DNA of 64,000 nt from Candidatus Kaiserbacteria bacterium (GTDB lineage: Bacteria; Patescibacteriota; Minisyncoccia; Phycocordibacterales; UBA2100): assembly GCA_016217965.1 (NCBI GenBank), contig JACRFI010000016.1, forward strand, positions 1,837 through 65,836, read 5' to 3'. The notes beneath the pieces are model-generated. The model ran no database searches. It saw only the letters and a list, made by a program, of their open reading frames with translations, and was not told the DNA's origin. This document shows, in pieces, positions 1 to 9,724 of the stretch; position 1 is the first letter of the stretch; each line of letters opens with the position of its first letter. The position numbers and the translations under genes are program-made.

Positions 1-111
1 AAAAAGCGGCTTATTGCAGCGTTATCAGAAAGAATCCAAAAAGATCGAAAAGCATTTCTCTCTGCACTCACTGTGATGCTCGATAAGAAACGGAAAGACT
101 TGATACACTGA
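1..111 (+). CDS. 3' end of an upstream gene running off the window (hypothetical)
   Basis: Open frame from window edge, stop TGA at 109-111 (…KKRLIAALSERIQKDRKAFLSALTVMLDKKRKDLIH*); no recognisable domain. Confidence 0.25.
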   Translation, partial: KKRLIAALSERIQKDRKAFLSALTVMLDKKRKDLIH

Positions 112-115
112 CGAC

Positions 116-982
116 ATGCGAGAAGGAGAGAGGGCCGTACAACCAAAACGGCATGACGTCGCGGCGCACTGGGATCCTGGGCCGGATATGGCAGGGCCTA
201 TCTATGCGATGCTTAATACATCGGGAGTCGATGCAATCGATGAACTAGGGGAAAAGTTAAAGCATATAGCGGAGATCGATCATTTTCATGGCGGCAGTGA
301 CGAGACGACCGAGATTTTGAGATTGATGATGAATATCCCGCCTTCATACGATTTGCACGGTCTAGATGTCGGATGCGGCGTAGGCGGACCTATGCGTTGG
401 TTTGCCCACAAAACGGGCGCCAAGATGGAAGGGGTCGACATCACTTCCGATTTCGTTGCGATTGCGAACGGAATCTCGAATCGCCTCGGTATGCAGGGTG
501 CCTGCACTGCGCAGGAGGGCGATGCGACAAATCTACCGTACCCAGGAGCTTCCTTTGATTTCGCAACAATGATGGCGGTGAGTCCCAACGTAATCGACAG
601 GCCGAAGCTGTATCAGTCGATTGAACGAGTTATAAAGCCCGGTGGAATAATCGGCATGTTGGATTTAACGCAAGGGGCAGGAGGTCCGCCCATATTTCCT
701 GCACCTTGGTCTATCGACGGTTCACCAAAGACGAGCCTGCTGTTAACCCACGAGGATACGGTCGCGGAAGCTGGGAAAGCCGGACTTACTTTATCCGATA
801 CGCGAAACATAACCCCTGAAGTATTGAGATGGTTTCAGAAAGAGCAAAAAGAACTTAAGGTAGGTCGACGAGTAGGACGCGAGCAATACCTGGGACGCTA
901 CCAAGAGATGGTCGATAATCAGATACGGAATCTGAGCGAAGATCGGGTAAGATTCGAATGTCTCGTATTCAGAAAGCAATGA
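116..982 (+). CDS. class I SAM-dependent methyltransferase
   Basis: Glycine-rich motif I 'LDVGCGVGGP', acidic motif II 'VDIT'; 288 aa ORF. Confidence 0.7.
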   Translation: MREGERAVQPKRHDVAAHWDPGPDMAGPIYAMLNTSGVDAIDELGEKLKHIAEIDHFHGGSDETTEILRLMMNIPPSYDLHGLDVGCGVGGPMRWFAHKTGAKMEGVDITSDFVAIANGISNRLGMQGACTAQEGDATNLPYPGASFDFATMMAVSPNVIDRPKLYQSIERVIKPGGIIGMLDLTQGAGGPPIFPAPWSIDGSPKTSLLLTHEDTVAEAGKAGLTLSDTRNITPEVLRWFQKEQKELKVGRRVGREQYLGRYQEMVDNQIRNLSEDRVRFECLVFRKQ

Positions 983-1488
983 AAGAAATCCTTGTCCTCA
1001 ATCCTGAAAATGCGTCCGAGGACGAGGTAAAGACGTATCGGATACGGAATGCTGCGCGAGCTATCGTTACCGACGATGTAGGCTTGATTGCATTGCTCCA
1101 CGTGTCGAATCATGGGTATTACAAACTTCCAGGCGGCGGGTTTGAAGAGGGAGAAGGTACGGAAGCGGCGCTGCGACGAGAATGTTTAGAGGAAATTGGA
1201 TGCGAGATAGAGGTGTTGAACGAGATAGGGTCTGTCGTTGAACATCGGAAATTCAAGTCGCTGAAACAAATCTCATATTGCTACACGGCGCGAGTGAAGG
1301 GCGAAAAAGGTGTGTCGAATTTTACAGAGCATGAAATGAAAGGTGGCTTCGCGCTTGTATGGGTGACATACGATGAAGCGTTGCGTTTCATGGCAGAAAG
1401 CTCAAAAACGGCGAAAAATATAGAAGGGGAAAAATACATCGTTCCTAGGGATACGCGTGTGTTAAAGGAGGGCAAATCGCTGCTTTGA
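979..1488 (+). CDS. NUDIX hydrolase
   Basis: Nudix box 'GGGFEEGEGTEAALRRECLEEIG' (GX5EX7REUXEEXGU). ATG at 979 overlaps methyltransferase stop as ATGA; ORF track offers 958 as alternative start. Confidence 0.8.
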   Translation: MKEILVLNPENASEDEVKTYRIRNAARAIVTDDVGLIALLHVSNHGYYKLPGGGFEEGEGTEAALRRECLEEIGCEIEVLNEIGSVVEHRKFKSLKQISYCYTARVKGEKGVSNFTEHEMKGGFALVWVTYDEALRFMAESSKTAKNIEGEKYIVPRDTRVLKEGKSLL

Positions 1489-1518
1489 CCACGATGACAG
1501 TATTTCTCATGAGTATGC

Positions 1519-1887
1519 ATGTTCCGGGTCATGCGCGAGACATGTTACTGTGGGCGTATGACAACACGGCGCGTTCGGTCAGCAGAGTTTGGAGGTTACG
1601 ACAAGGCATTGGAAAAGCGGAAAGAAATAGAGCGGAAGCTTTCAGAAGCGGGTTGGCGATCAACAGGGGATTTGCCATATTTCTTTGGACATTCTCTCGG
1701 TTTGCAGAAGAAAACGGTGCATATAACAAGTCAGATAAAGGGTTTTCTCGGTGAGGTGATGGAAGGACGCGATGATGAATATCGAAACAATCATGTTAAG
1801 AAACTCGGACTCAAGACTTATGTGAGTCCCGAAGTTATTCAAGGACTCGAAATGAAGGTCAGGGAGAGATTTCTCACTTCTGAATAA
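1519..1887 (+). CDS. hypothetical protein
   Basis: 122-aa charged ORF between NUDIX and membrane protein; no domain recognised. Confidence 0.3.
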   Translation: MFRVMRETCYCGRMTTRRVRSAEFGGYDKALEKRKEIERKLSEAGWRSTGDLPYFFGHSLGLQKKTVHITSQIKGFLGEVMEGRDDEYRNNHVKKLGLKTYVSPEVIQGLEMKVRERFLTSE

Positions 1888-1890
1888 AAG

Positions 1891-2328
1891 TTGCTATCGT
1901 ATAATGTCCCTATAGCACTCACCGATATCAGCATGTTAAAAAGCATTTTCGCAGTAGTCGCAGGGTTTCTTACCGTCGTCGTTCTATCTATGGGTACAGA
2001 TATGGTTCTTGAAAAGACGGGCATCTTTCCTCCGCCATCTGAAATGGGACTCTTTGTAACGTGGATGCTCGCTCTCGCTCTTTTCTATCGCACCATCTAC
2101 ACGATACTCGGTGGGTATGTGACCGCGTGGCTCGCACCGCAGAATGCGATGAAGCATGTGTGGACCTTGGCTGCATTGGGGCAACTTGGTGGCATCGCGG
2201 GCGTTATCGCTGGATGGAATCTTTCTGCACACTGGTACCCGATAGCGCTCGCTGTCCTCGCTATCCCTTCCGTCTGGCTTGGCGGTTGGCTCAGAACTCG
2301 AAACGATTTGAACACTACTGCTCTGTAA
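1891..2328 (+). CDS. hypothetical polytopic membrane protein
   Basis: 145 aa with about 4 hydrophobic helices. Confidence 0.5.
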   Translation: MLSYNVPIALTDISMLKSIFAVVAGFLTVVVLSMGTDMVLEKTGIFPPPSEMGLFVTWMLALALFYRTIYTILGGYVTAWLAPQNAMKHVWTLAALGQLGGIAGVIAGWNLSAHWYPIALAVLAIPSVWLGGWLRTRNDLNTTAL

Positions 2329-3396
2329 CTACCCCTGTTTCTCAAGCCAATCCAAGACTTGTTCGTTGCGGAGGGCGTGCGAGAGGTGCGCGTGGAGCGC
2401 GTCGGGATCCGCTTGCGGATGATGTTTCTTGGCGTGCTCGAATTCGTGTGCCAATTTTTCTGGGTCGGCCTCTACCTTTTCTTGCCGAGCTATCTCACTG
2501 AGTACCAAGCGGATTTTCGCGCGCTTGTCTGCCGCGTCTTTCCACTCAGCGCGGAGCTGTTCACGTGTTTTTTTCGTTTCAGCGAGGTACGAGTCGAGTT
2601 TCTTGCCCATCCTTTCAACGTCGCTCTGGAGCCGTCCTTCCATGTCATCGAGCTCATACTCACGAAGCATCGAAGGGTAAGAGATACGTGAGTCTTTCAC
2701 GAGCGCCTCCAATAGCTCGGCGCGGAATTTGTTCTTCGCCCCCAATTCTTTTTCCGTCTTGATGTGTTCGCGCAGCTTGTTCGAGAAATCTTCTGCGCTC
2801 TCATAGCCTAGGCTTTTCACGAACTCGTCGTCGAGAGCGGGCAAGTCCTTTTCTTCTGCCTTCTGCGCTTCTTCGAGCGCTTTGTCCGGCGCTGCTCCCG
2901 CTTCTATCTTTTCTATGCGCGCTCGTTCGCGGCGCAAATGGATCGTGGTGTCCTTGTGTTCGTCGTCAGAAACGGTGATCACCTCTTTTTTTGCCACCAT
3001 TTTCTTCGCGATTCCTTTGTAGTCGGGAAGTTTTATTTCCGGCGCGAGGGGCGCACGGGCAGAGAATTTGAGAGGGGAGCCGGCGACGGGCGTATCGACA
3101 GATACTCGCGGCGCCTCGACGATATTCGCTTTCTCCTCCGCCAAAATTTCTGGCAACTCACTCTTCACGGCAAGTTCCGCGGCTTCATTCAAAATCGCGG
3201 TTTCACCGTACTGTTTTATCAAAACCGTTTCTGGTACATGTCCTGGCCTGAATCCGGCGATTTGGGCATTTCTCCCAATATCCTTCAGCGCCTCAGCTCG
3301 ATATTTCTGGACTACGTCCGCAGGCAACTCTGCTTCCAGGACGAATTCCCAGTTCTTCTCGTCGCGCGACACTTTAACGTTTTTTGCAGAAGACAT
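2329..3396 (-). CDS. tig: trigger factor (short form)
   Basis: N-terminal ribosome-binding signature 'GFRPGHVP', acidic C-terminal arm; 355 aa. Confidence 0.75.
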   Translation of the reverse strand: MSSAKNVKVSRDEKNWEFVLEAELPADVVQKYRAEALKDIGRNAQIAGFRPGHVPETVLIKQYGETAILNEAAELAVKSELPEILAEEKANIVEAPRVSVDTPVAGSPLKFSARAPLAPEIKLPDYKGIAKKMVAKKEVITVSDDEHKDTTIHLRRERARIEKIEAGAAPDKALEEAQKAEEKDLPALDDEFVKSLGYESAEDFSNKLREHIKTEKELGAKNKFRAELLEALVKDSRISYPSMLREYELDDMEGRLQSDVERMGKKLDSYLAETKKTREQLRAEWKDAADKRAKIRLVLSEIARQEKVEADPEKLAHEFEHAKKHHPQADPDALHAHLSHALRNEQVLDWLEKQG

Positions 3397-3534
3397 CGCG
3401 AGAGTCTACCCGGTAGTAGAATTTGAGCAAGGGGATAGTTAACATTTTTTGTCGTCAACGTTCAAATTTCACTCCGGGTCTACCAGAAAAAAGCGTTCCA
3501 GCACATACGGGAGCGCTTTACACGAACAGGAAAA

Positions 3535-3873
3535 CTAGAGCGAGGAATCGACTGCTTGCATGTCTGCTTCAACTCCACTTTCGAACGTATTCATATCTGT
3601 TGCCGCAACGTCCGCCTCGATATCTGCCATCGAATCTGACGAGCGTGTTGGCGGAAGCCCGGCCGAATCATCGCCCAATATCATCGGCGGCGCGTTATTC
3701 GCACGATCTTTATTCAGTTTTGCACCCCAAAAATAAAGCCCTCCTGCGGCGAGGATGACAAGGATGATAAGTGCGCCGACAATAGGGCCGACGGAGCTTT
3801 TCTCGGGCACAGATACCGATGGCTCTGGCGCTTGTGGTGCTCCGCTCTGAGGCGCTGTGTTCATTTGTTCCAT
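3535..3873 (-). CDS. small Pro/Ala-rich single-pass membrane protein
   Basis: One TM helix 'VGPIVGALIILVILAAGGLYFW'; same strand as neighbours. Confidence 0.35.
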   Translation of the reverse strand: MEQMNTAPQSGAPQAPEPSVSVPEKSSVGPIVGALIILVILAAGGLYFWGAKLNKDRANNAPPMILGDDSAGLPPTRSSDSMADIEADVAATDMNTFESGVEADMQAVDSSL

Positions 3874-3898
3874 GAAAAATGTGATTAATTAGTAATAA

Positions 3899-4789
3899 TT
3901 AGTTACCAGTATCCACTGACCCTTCTGCTTCGACTGATGCGGAAGCATCAACCGAAGGAATGATGCTCTTCAAGGTACGGACAGCTTCTTTCAGTGCAGC
4001 ATGTGCCTCCTTGACCGCATCAACGGCAGCGCGGACTGCTGCGCGCACTTCTTCCAGATGTTCTCGCGGCGTCTCGGAGGCTGCTGCAACATCTATTGCG
4101 GCTTTTGCATCTGCAACCGCGGCTGTTGCGACATCAATGGAGGCGCTTGCCTCTGCGCTAGCTGTTACGGCGGCGGCTACATCTACGCCATCTTCCTGAA
4201 GTTTCTCGATGCGCGAATCGATGCGAGCGAGGATTTGGTCGAATCTCTCAAGCGCGTTTACAAGGCGGCTCATTATCATGTGGAAACGTTCTGCCACGAG
4301 TTCTTTGGCGCTTGCTCGAACGCCCTTCCACTCTGCCTTGAAACCGGCGCGCATGTCAGCCGAATCCTCCTTCACCTGCATGCGGAATTCTGCGCGATCC
4401 TTTCGTGCATCTTGCAGGATTGCCTGTTTTTCCTCTGGTGTTGCTGCGGCATCGAGCTCTGCTTTTACGCCCGATTGCATTTGCATGCGATCGCCTTTCA
4501 CGCCAGACCAGAAGTCCATTCGCTCGGTTTTGATGCCCGCTTTTACGTCTTTAGCTCCCTCAATGAATGCTTTTTTATCATCGCGAAACTCTTGATTCTG
4601 CATCTGGATGTTGGCCTTGACCTGTCCCGCCTTGTCCTTCAGTGCTTTCAGAGGATTTCGGGGGAGCCCTACCGGCGTTATCTGTACCTCTGCTTCAGCA
4701 TCGACTGATACGTCTTGCGCGGCTGCAAATTGGAAGCCCACTGACGCTATAAGGGCGGAAACGAAGAGAACTAAGAATGATTTTTTCAT
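3899..4789 (-). CDS. secreted amphipathic-helix repeat protein (hypothetical)
   Basis: Signal peptide 'MKKSFLVLFVSALIASVGFQFAAA'; repeated 'KAG.K.E / DFWSGVKGDRMQMQSGVKAE' apolipoprotein/LEA-like units, Ala-rich C-terminus. Confidence 0.5.
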   Translation of the reverse strand: MKKSFLVLFVSALIASVGFQFAAAQDVSVDAEAEVQITPVGLPRNPLKALKDKAGQVKANIQMQNQEFRDDKKAFIEGAKDVKAGIKTERMDFWSGVKGDRMQMQSGVKAELDAAATPEEKQAILQDARKDRAEFRMQVKEDSADMRAGFKAEWKGVRASAKELVAERFHMIMSRLVNALERFDQILARIDSRIEKLQEDGVDVAAAVTASAEASASIDVATAAVADAKAAIDVAAASETPREHLEEVRAAVRAAVDAVKEAHAALKEAVRTLKSIIPSVDASASVEAEGSVDTGN

Positions 4790-4891
4790 ATGTTGAGATT
4801 AAAAACTGTTTCTACTAGAATAGCACGCAACAGATGCGTGCTACTCGCTTCAGACGGGCGAATATGGGGATTTCTTACTGTCCCGCTTACC

Positions 4892-5479
4892 TTAGTCTAC
4901 GAGCTTCGGCTTGTACTCTTTCTCGTACCGCTCAGCGCACTCTTTGATGATGTCGCGGGCCTCTTTCACATCGAAAAATCCGAGCACTTTGCACGTGCCG
5001 GGTTTCTTGAGGTCTTTGTAGTGCTCGAAATAGTGCTGCGTTTCTTTCTGCCAGTGCTCGCCCAGATCTTCGTACGAATCGATATGGTCCATCCGTTTGT
5101 CGTCCGAAAGAACGGTGATGACTTTGTCGTCACGCTCGCCGCCATCTTCAAATTTCATGATGCCAATGACTCGGACTTCTGCGAGAGAGCCGGGAACGAG
5201 CGGTTCCGTCACGTTCGCAATGATGAAATCAAGCATATCGTTGTCCTGGTCCCACGTCTGGGGGATAAGGCCGTATGCAACAGGGTAGGTGAGCGAGGAG
5301 TAGCCAACACGGTCCAATTTCAGCTGGCCTGATTCGGTGATGAATTCGTACTTATTGATGGAGTTCGTATTTATCTCCACAAGCCCGTTCAATACCCCTT
5401 TTTCCTCGTTCGCGTATGGCGGAAGGACGTGCAACAGGTTGTACGTGTATCTCGAGGGTTTGATATCTATGTTTGCCAT
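4892..5479 (-). CDS. ppa: inorganic pyrophosphatase (family I)
   Basis: Full-length similarity to soluble PPase, Asp-rich active-site segments 'DQDNDMLD', 'DDKV'. Confidence 0.9.
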   Translation of the reverse strand: MANIDIKPSRYTYNLLHVLPPYANEEKGVLNGLVEINTNSINKYEFITESGQLKLDRVGYSSLTYPVAYGLIPQTWDQDNDMLDFIIANVTEPLVPGSLAEVRVIGIMKFEDGGERDDKVITVLSDDKRMDHIDSYEDLGEHWQKETQHYFEHYKDLKKPGTCKVLGFFDVKEARDIIKECAERYEKEYKPKLVD

Positions 5480-5537
5480 ACGGGTGGGTTATAGGTACTA
5501 GCTTCTTGCTGCTAGGTAATGCACAGAGTGTACCAGA

Positions 5538-6743
5538 TTACGCAGCCTCTTTCTCGCTCTTTTCCTCAGGTTTTTCCGCCTCCGTCTCCGTTGGCTTTTC
5601 TTCCGGCAACGATTCAGGAGCTGCTTCTTTTTTCTCTAATGTTTCGCCGCTAGCAGAACGGATATCTATCTTCCATCCCGTGAGGCGGGCTGCGAGGCGC
5701 ACATTTTGTCCGCCACGGCCGATAGCGAGCGATTGCTGGTCTTCCGCGACTTGCACTTCCGCACGGTTTTCGTCTTCAAACAGTTGGATGCCCAGAACTT
5801 GTGCCGGTTTCAGCGCTTCTTTCACGAAGTCTCCCGGATTTTCGGACCATTCGACAACGTCTATTTTCTCGCCGCCGAGTTCCGACGTGACGACCGCGAC
5901 GCGTACGCCGCGTTGCCCGACGAGAGCGCCAACAGGGTCAACGTGCTCGTCCTTCGAAGAAACAGCTATCTTTGCGCGGCTTCCCGGCTCACGAACAATC
6001 CCCTTTGCTTCGACGATCTTGTTAGCCATCTCGGGGACCTCGACTTCAAAAAGTTTTTCGAGGAAGCGAGGATGAGAGCGGGAGAGGCGGATGAATGTGC
6101 CGCGTACGCCTTCGTCCACGCGAAGGAGAAGCGCGCGCACGCGCTCGCCCTGACGGTACCGCTCGCCCGGGATCTGTTCGTCATACGGAAGGATGGCGGT
6201 CGCGCGGCCGAGGTCAACATAGAGGTTGCCACGCTCGAAACGTTGTACGTGTCCCGTTACAATCTCGCCTTCGCGCTCGCCGTATTCGGAAATGATAGAG
6301 CTTCTCTCTGCTTCGCGGATCTTTTGCATGATGACCTGCTTTGCTGCTTGAGCCGCGATACGCCCGAAATCTTCTCGAGTTTCAAGGGGGAACGAAATCT
6401 CTTCATCGAGCTTCGCGTCTTTTTTGATGCGCTTGGCGTCCTCGAGCATGATGTGTTGCTCGGGATTGAAGCGAGAGCGATGGTCGTCATCACCTGTCGG
6501 CTCCTCGTCTTCCTTTCGGACCAGTGTTTCATCTACCACTATTTTTGCCTGGCGAAATTCGATGTCGCCAGTTTGTGCGTTGAACGTCGCACGGATTATT
6601 TGTCCGCGTTTGCCGTATTCGCGGCGATATGCGGCAGCGAGTGCCGTTGCGAGAGCATCGACGACGCTTTCGCGAGAGATGCCGCGCTCCTGTTGGAGCT
6701 CGTCTAGGGCTGCATTAAGAGTTTTGAGGTCGAATAACGCCAT
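5538..6743 (-). CDS. nusA: transcription termination/antitermination factor NusA
   Basis: NusA N-terminal domain, S1 and KH regions recognisable; acidic Lys/Glu-rich tail. Confidence 0.9.
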   Translation of the reverse strand: MALFDLKTLNAALDELQQERGISRESVVDALATALAAAYRREYGKRGQIIRATFNAQTGDIEFRQAKIVVDETLVRKEDEEPTGDDDHRSRFNPEQHIMLEDAKRIKKDAKLDEEISFPLETREDFGRIAAQAAKQVIMQKIREAERSSIISEYGEREGEIVTGHVQRFERGNLYVDLGRATAILPYDEQIPGERYRQGERVRALLLRVDEGVRGTFIRLSRSHPRFLEKLFEVEVPEMANKIVEAKGIVREPGSRAKIAVSSKDEHVDPVGALVGQRGVRVAVVTSELGGEKIDVVEWSENPGDFVKEALKPAQVLGIQLFEDENRAEVQVAEDQQSLAIGRGGQNVRLAARLTGWKIDIRSASGETLEKKEAAPESLPEEKPTETEAEKPEEKSEKEAA

Positions 6744-6856
6744 ATTATAGGTAGCTTCTAGTTGCTAGCTTCAAGTGATTAGTAAAGACAAAATGTACAG
6801 CCTTTTAAAAAAAACGTCCCGCAAGGCGGGACTAAATACATCGCTGTATTCAGCTG

Positions 6857-7408
6857 TTGTGCGAGTGTAGCAGGAAAAAGGTTCTTGTCAAATTTGGTGC
6901 TACACTTTTATGCATGATTAATTCTTCTGAGCCCAAACCACAGGGCGAAACAATTCCTGGCCTGCCGCAAGATTTACAGCTAGTTGGCCGGTATTTCCTA
7001 AGCAAAGTTAAAGACGTCGAATTTGAAATAGGTTACAGAGAAAGAGATAAACGAGCAATCGAGGTTGATCCTACGGAAGAAGAACTGGACATTGAAGAAG
7101 AGGCGAAGATCTTTGGCATGAATAAAAAAGAGCTTGCGGCAGAAAAAGAGCAACGTTTAAATCCGGACAAACTTCAAGAAGAAATCGATGACTTGCGAAA
7201 CGAGCGAGAGTATTATCTTGGGTTACTGGACGGATTAAAGAAGGGTGAGTTCAAGCCATGTATTGATTATTTAAGACAGAGCCTGGAAGCAAAAGAACTG
7301 GCGAAGTCGCTCATAACATTTGAACATACAAGCCCTCAGTACAAGGAGAAAAGTTTGGCAGAAACGCGAGTGTTACGCGAGTATATACGTTTACTAGAGA
7401 GTAAATAG
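6857..7408 (+). CDS. hypothetical acidic coiled-coil protein
   Basis: 183-aa ORF (start may be internal at MINSSEP…); no domain recognised. Confidence 0.35.
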   Translation: MCECSRKKVLVKFGATLLCMINSSEPKPQGETIPGLPQDLQLVGRYFLSKVKDVEFEIGYRERDKRAIEVDPTEEELDIEEEAKIFGMNKKELAAEKEQRLNPDKLQEEIDDLRNEREYYLGLLDGLKKGEFKPCIDYLRQSLEAKELAKSLITFEHTSPQYKEKSLAETRVLREYIRLLESK

Positions 7409-7517
7409 TGAAAATTCCACGCACATTGCCTGCTATACTGTTCATGCGTGCGATTCCACCTCACTGTATGTTGAATTTTCCTAGCAGCTAGAAGCTCGCA
7501 CCTAGAAGCTATCCAAT

Positions 7518-9254
7518 ATGTACATCTCCGACACACATCTAAAATCCTTTCTCGCCGACGCGAACTTAGTGTCGCAGAAAGATTTCGATGCAGCAGAAAC
7601 AGAGGCCAAATCAAGCGGCAAAACGATAGGTGATATTCTGACGGCGCGGGGCGCTATCGGGGAAGACGAGTTGCGCCGCACGTACGCATACATTCTCGGC
7701 ATACCATTCGTCTCTCTCGTTGGCACGAGCATCCCATATGACACGCTATCTCAGATACCGGAGCCGGTTGCCCGCCGCAACAATATTATTTCGTACAGCC
7801 GAAAAGGGGATGAGCTTGAGGTCGCCATGCTCGACACCGACGATCTGGCCGCAATCGATTTCATAAAGAAAAAAACACACCTCAAGATATTGCCGCGCCT
7901 CACTGATGCGGCATCCATCAAAACCGCGCTCAAACAGTACCAACAGGGGCTCAAAGATACGCTGGGCGATGTCATTAAACGCGAAACGACCGCGCTCGAG
8001 AAAGAAAAGGGAGGGGATGGGGAAGCGGCGCTGAAACAAATGGCAGAAGGCGTGTCTGCCGTGCGCATCGTAGACACGCTCCTGCGCCACGCGAGCGCAC
8101 AGAACGCGTCCGACATCCATATAGAACCGCTAGAAAATTCACTCCTTATTCGCTACCGAATCGACGGCATCCTCCACGACGCGATGGAATTGCCGAAACA
8201 TGCAGCTCCTGCGATAACTGCTCGCGTTAAAGTGCTTTCGAACATGCGCCTCGACGAGCATCGGCTGCCACAAGATGGGCGTTTCAGTGCCGAGTCGGCA
8301 GGCGAGAGGATATCGTTTCGTGTATCTATATTGCCGACTTACTACGGCGAGAAGATCGTCATGCGCCTCCTTCGCGATTCTATTTCCGGCTTCACACTGG
8401 AGGGCATTGGTTTTCACGGCACGGGATTGGAACGAATGCATGATGCGATGCGCCGCACGACGGGCATGATACTGACGACCGGCCCCACTGGCGCGGGTAA
8501 ATCGACGACGCTCTACACTCTTCTCGACATCATCAACACGCCGGATGTGAACATCTCAACTGTCGAAGATCCTATTGAATATCAAATGGCGAGAGTGAAC
8601 CAAACGCAAGTGCGTCCGGAGATAGGTTTCACTTTTGCCTCCGGCCTTCGCTCACTTGTTCGCCAGGACCCGGATATCATCATGGTCGGTGAAATTCGCG
8701 ACAAAGAAACTGCTTCCCTTGCTATCAATGCCGCGCTCACTGGCCACTTGGTGCTCTCCACGCTCCATACAAATTCCGCGTCCGGTGCCATTCCACGCCT
8801 TCTCGACATGGGCGTCGAGCCATTCCTTCTTGTCTCGACGCTTCGCGTTGTCATCGGGCAGCGCCTCGTGCGGAAACTTGCGGCGCACGATCCGTATGAA
8901 CTCTCGCGCGACGAACAGACGCAACTCGAGAAATTAGTTGACCCCGCAGCTGTCCTGAAGCATCTCAAAGAAGAAAAAGCCGTTGCAAAAGAAATGACCT
9001 GGAACAAGGTCCCGTTCTACAAGCCAAAACCCACCCCGACAAGCCAAGACGGATACGCTGGCCGCATCGGCATCTACGAAGTCTTGCCGGTCACGTCGAC
9101 GATAAAAGACCTCGTCATGAAAAATGCGACGGGGGATGAAATAGACAAGCAAGCAAAGAGCGAAGGCATGCTCACAATGGCGGAAGACGGGATATTTAAG
9201 GCCGTCCAGGGTATAACCACCATAGAGGAAGTTCTCCGCGTCATTTCAGAATAG
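7518..9254 (+). CDS. pilB: type IV pilus assembly ATPase PilB (GspE family)
   Basis: N-terminal GspII_E domain, Walker A 'TGPTGAGKST', Asp box, Walker B, tetracysteine-less CPR-type. Confidence 0.9.
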   Translation: MYISDTHLKSFLADANLVSQKDFDAAETEAKSSGKTIGDILTARGAIGEDELRRTYAYILGIPFVSLVGTSIPYDTLSQIPEPVARRNNIISYSRKGDELEVAMLDTDDLAAIDFIKKKTHLKILPRLTDAASIKTALKQYQQGLKDTLGDVIKRETTALEKEKGGDGEAALKQMAEGVSAVRIVDTLLRHASAQNASDIHIEPLENSLLIRYRIDGILHDAMELPKHAAPAITARVKVLSNMRLDEHRLPQDGRFSAESAGERISFRVSILPTYYGEKIVMRLLRDSISGFTLEGIGFHGTGLERMHDAMRRTTGMILTTGPTGAGKSTTLYTLLDIINTPDVNISTVEDPIEYQMARVNQTQVRPEIGFTFASGLRSLVRQDPDIIMVGEIRDKETASLAINAALTGHLVLSTLHTNSASGAIPRLLDMGVEPFLLVSTLRVVIGQRLVRKLAAHDPYELSRDEQTQLEKLVDPAAVLKHLKEEKAVAKEMTWNKVPFYKPKPTPTSQDGYAGRIGIYEVLPVTSTIKDLVMKNATGDEIDKQAKSEGMLTMAEDGIFKAVQGITTIEEVLRVISE

Positions 9255-9360
9255 TTCTCAATCGCACTCATCCTAGAGGGTTTTTAGAGTGAATTGCGAG
9301 CTTGCGTGCCAATAATCCAGCGCTATCATTACCGTATTACTTAACTAATCTGGCTAGAAT

Positions 9361-9678
9361 ATGAGCATGAGGGGAATGAATAAGATGAATCGGATGGATC
9401 CGGAGGAGAGGAAGGCTATGATGGATAAGTGGCGCAGCGACAGTGAATTTATAGATGAGTTCCACAAAAAACATGAAGAGGTAGTAAGGGCAACGCTGGA
9501 AAGAAGCGGAGAAGGAGTCGATGCAAAAAAAGTAACTAATATTTTGGCGAATCGTCATTTGAACAATCCGGATTTGCAACGAGAGGGGAATCTTCCAATT
9601 GCGGAAATTACAGCTGCGCAAGAGACATTGACGGCAAGACGTAAGCGAAAGGAGGATGATTTCTATAAAGATAAGTAA
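9361..9678 (+). CDS. hypothetical small charged protein
   Basis: 105 aa between pilB and pilC. Confidence 0.3.
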   Translation: MSMRGMNKMNRMDPEERKAMMDKWRSDSEFIDEFHKKHEEVVRATLERSGEGVDAKKVTNILANRHLNNPDLQREGNLPIAEITAAQETLTARRKRKEDDFYKDK

Positions 9679-9724
9679 TCTGTTGTTGTCGGACAATTCT
9701 GGCGGCTAAAATGTGCGATAATAC

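Noticed and set aside
5706-6707. Long antisense ORFs inside nusA (5706-6707). Similar cases lie inside fusA (32974-33996, 33456-34301), pgk (17973-18758), recJ (22809-23555), the transposase (51704-52471), the 3899 gene (4001-4708) and pilin genes (11348-12423)
   Set aside because: They overlap strongly supported genes on the opposite strand, have Arg/Ser/Cys-rich GC-frame composition and no motifs. They are treated as frame-shadow ORFs.
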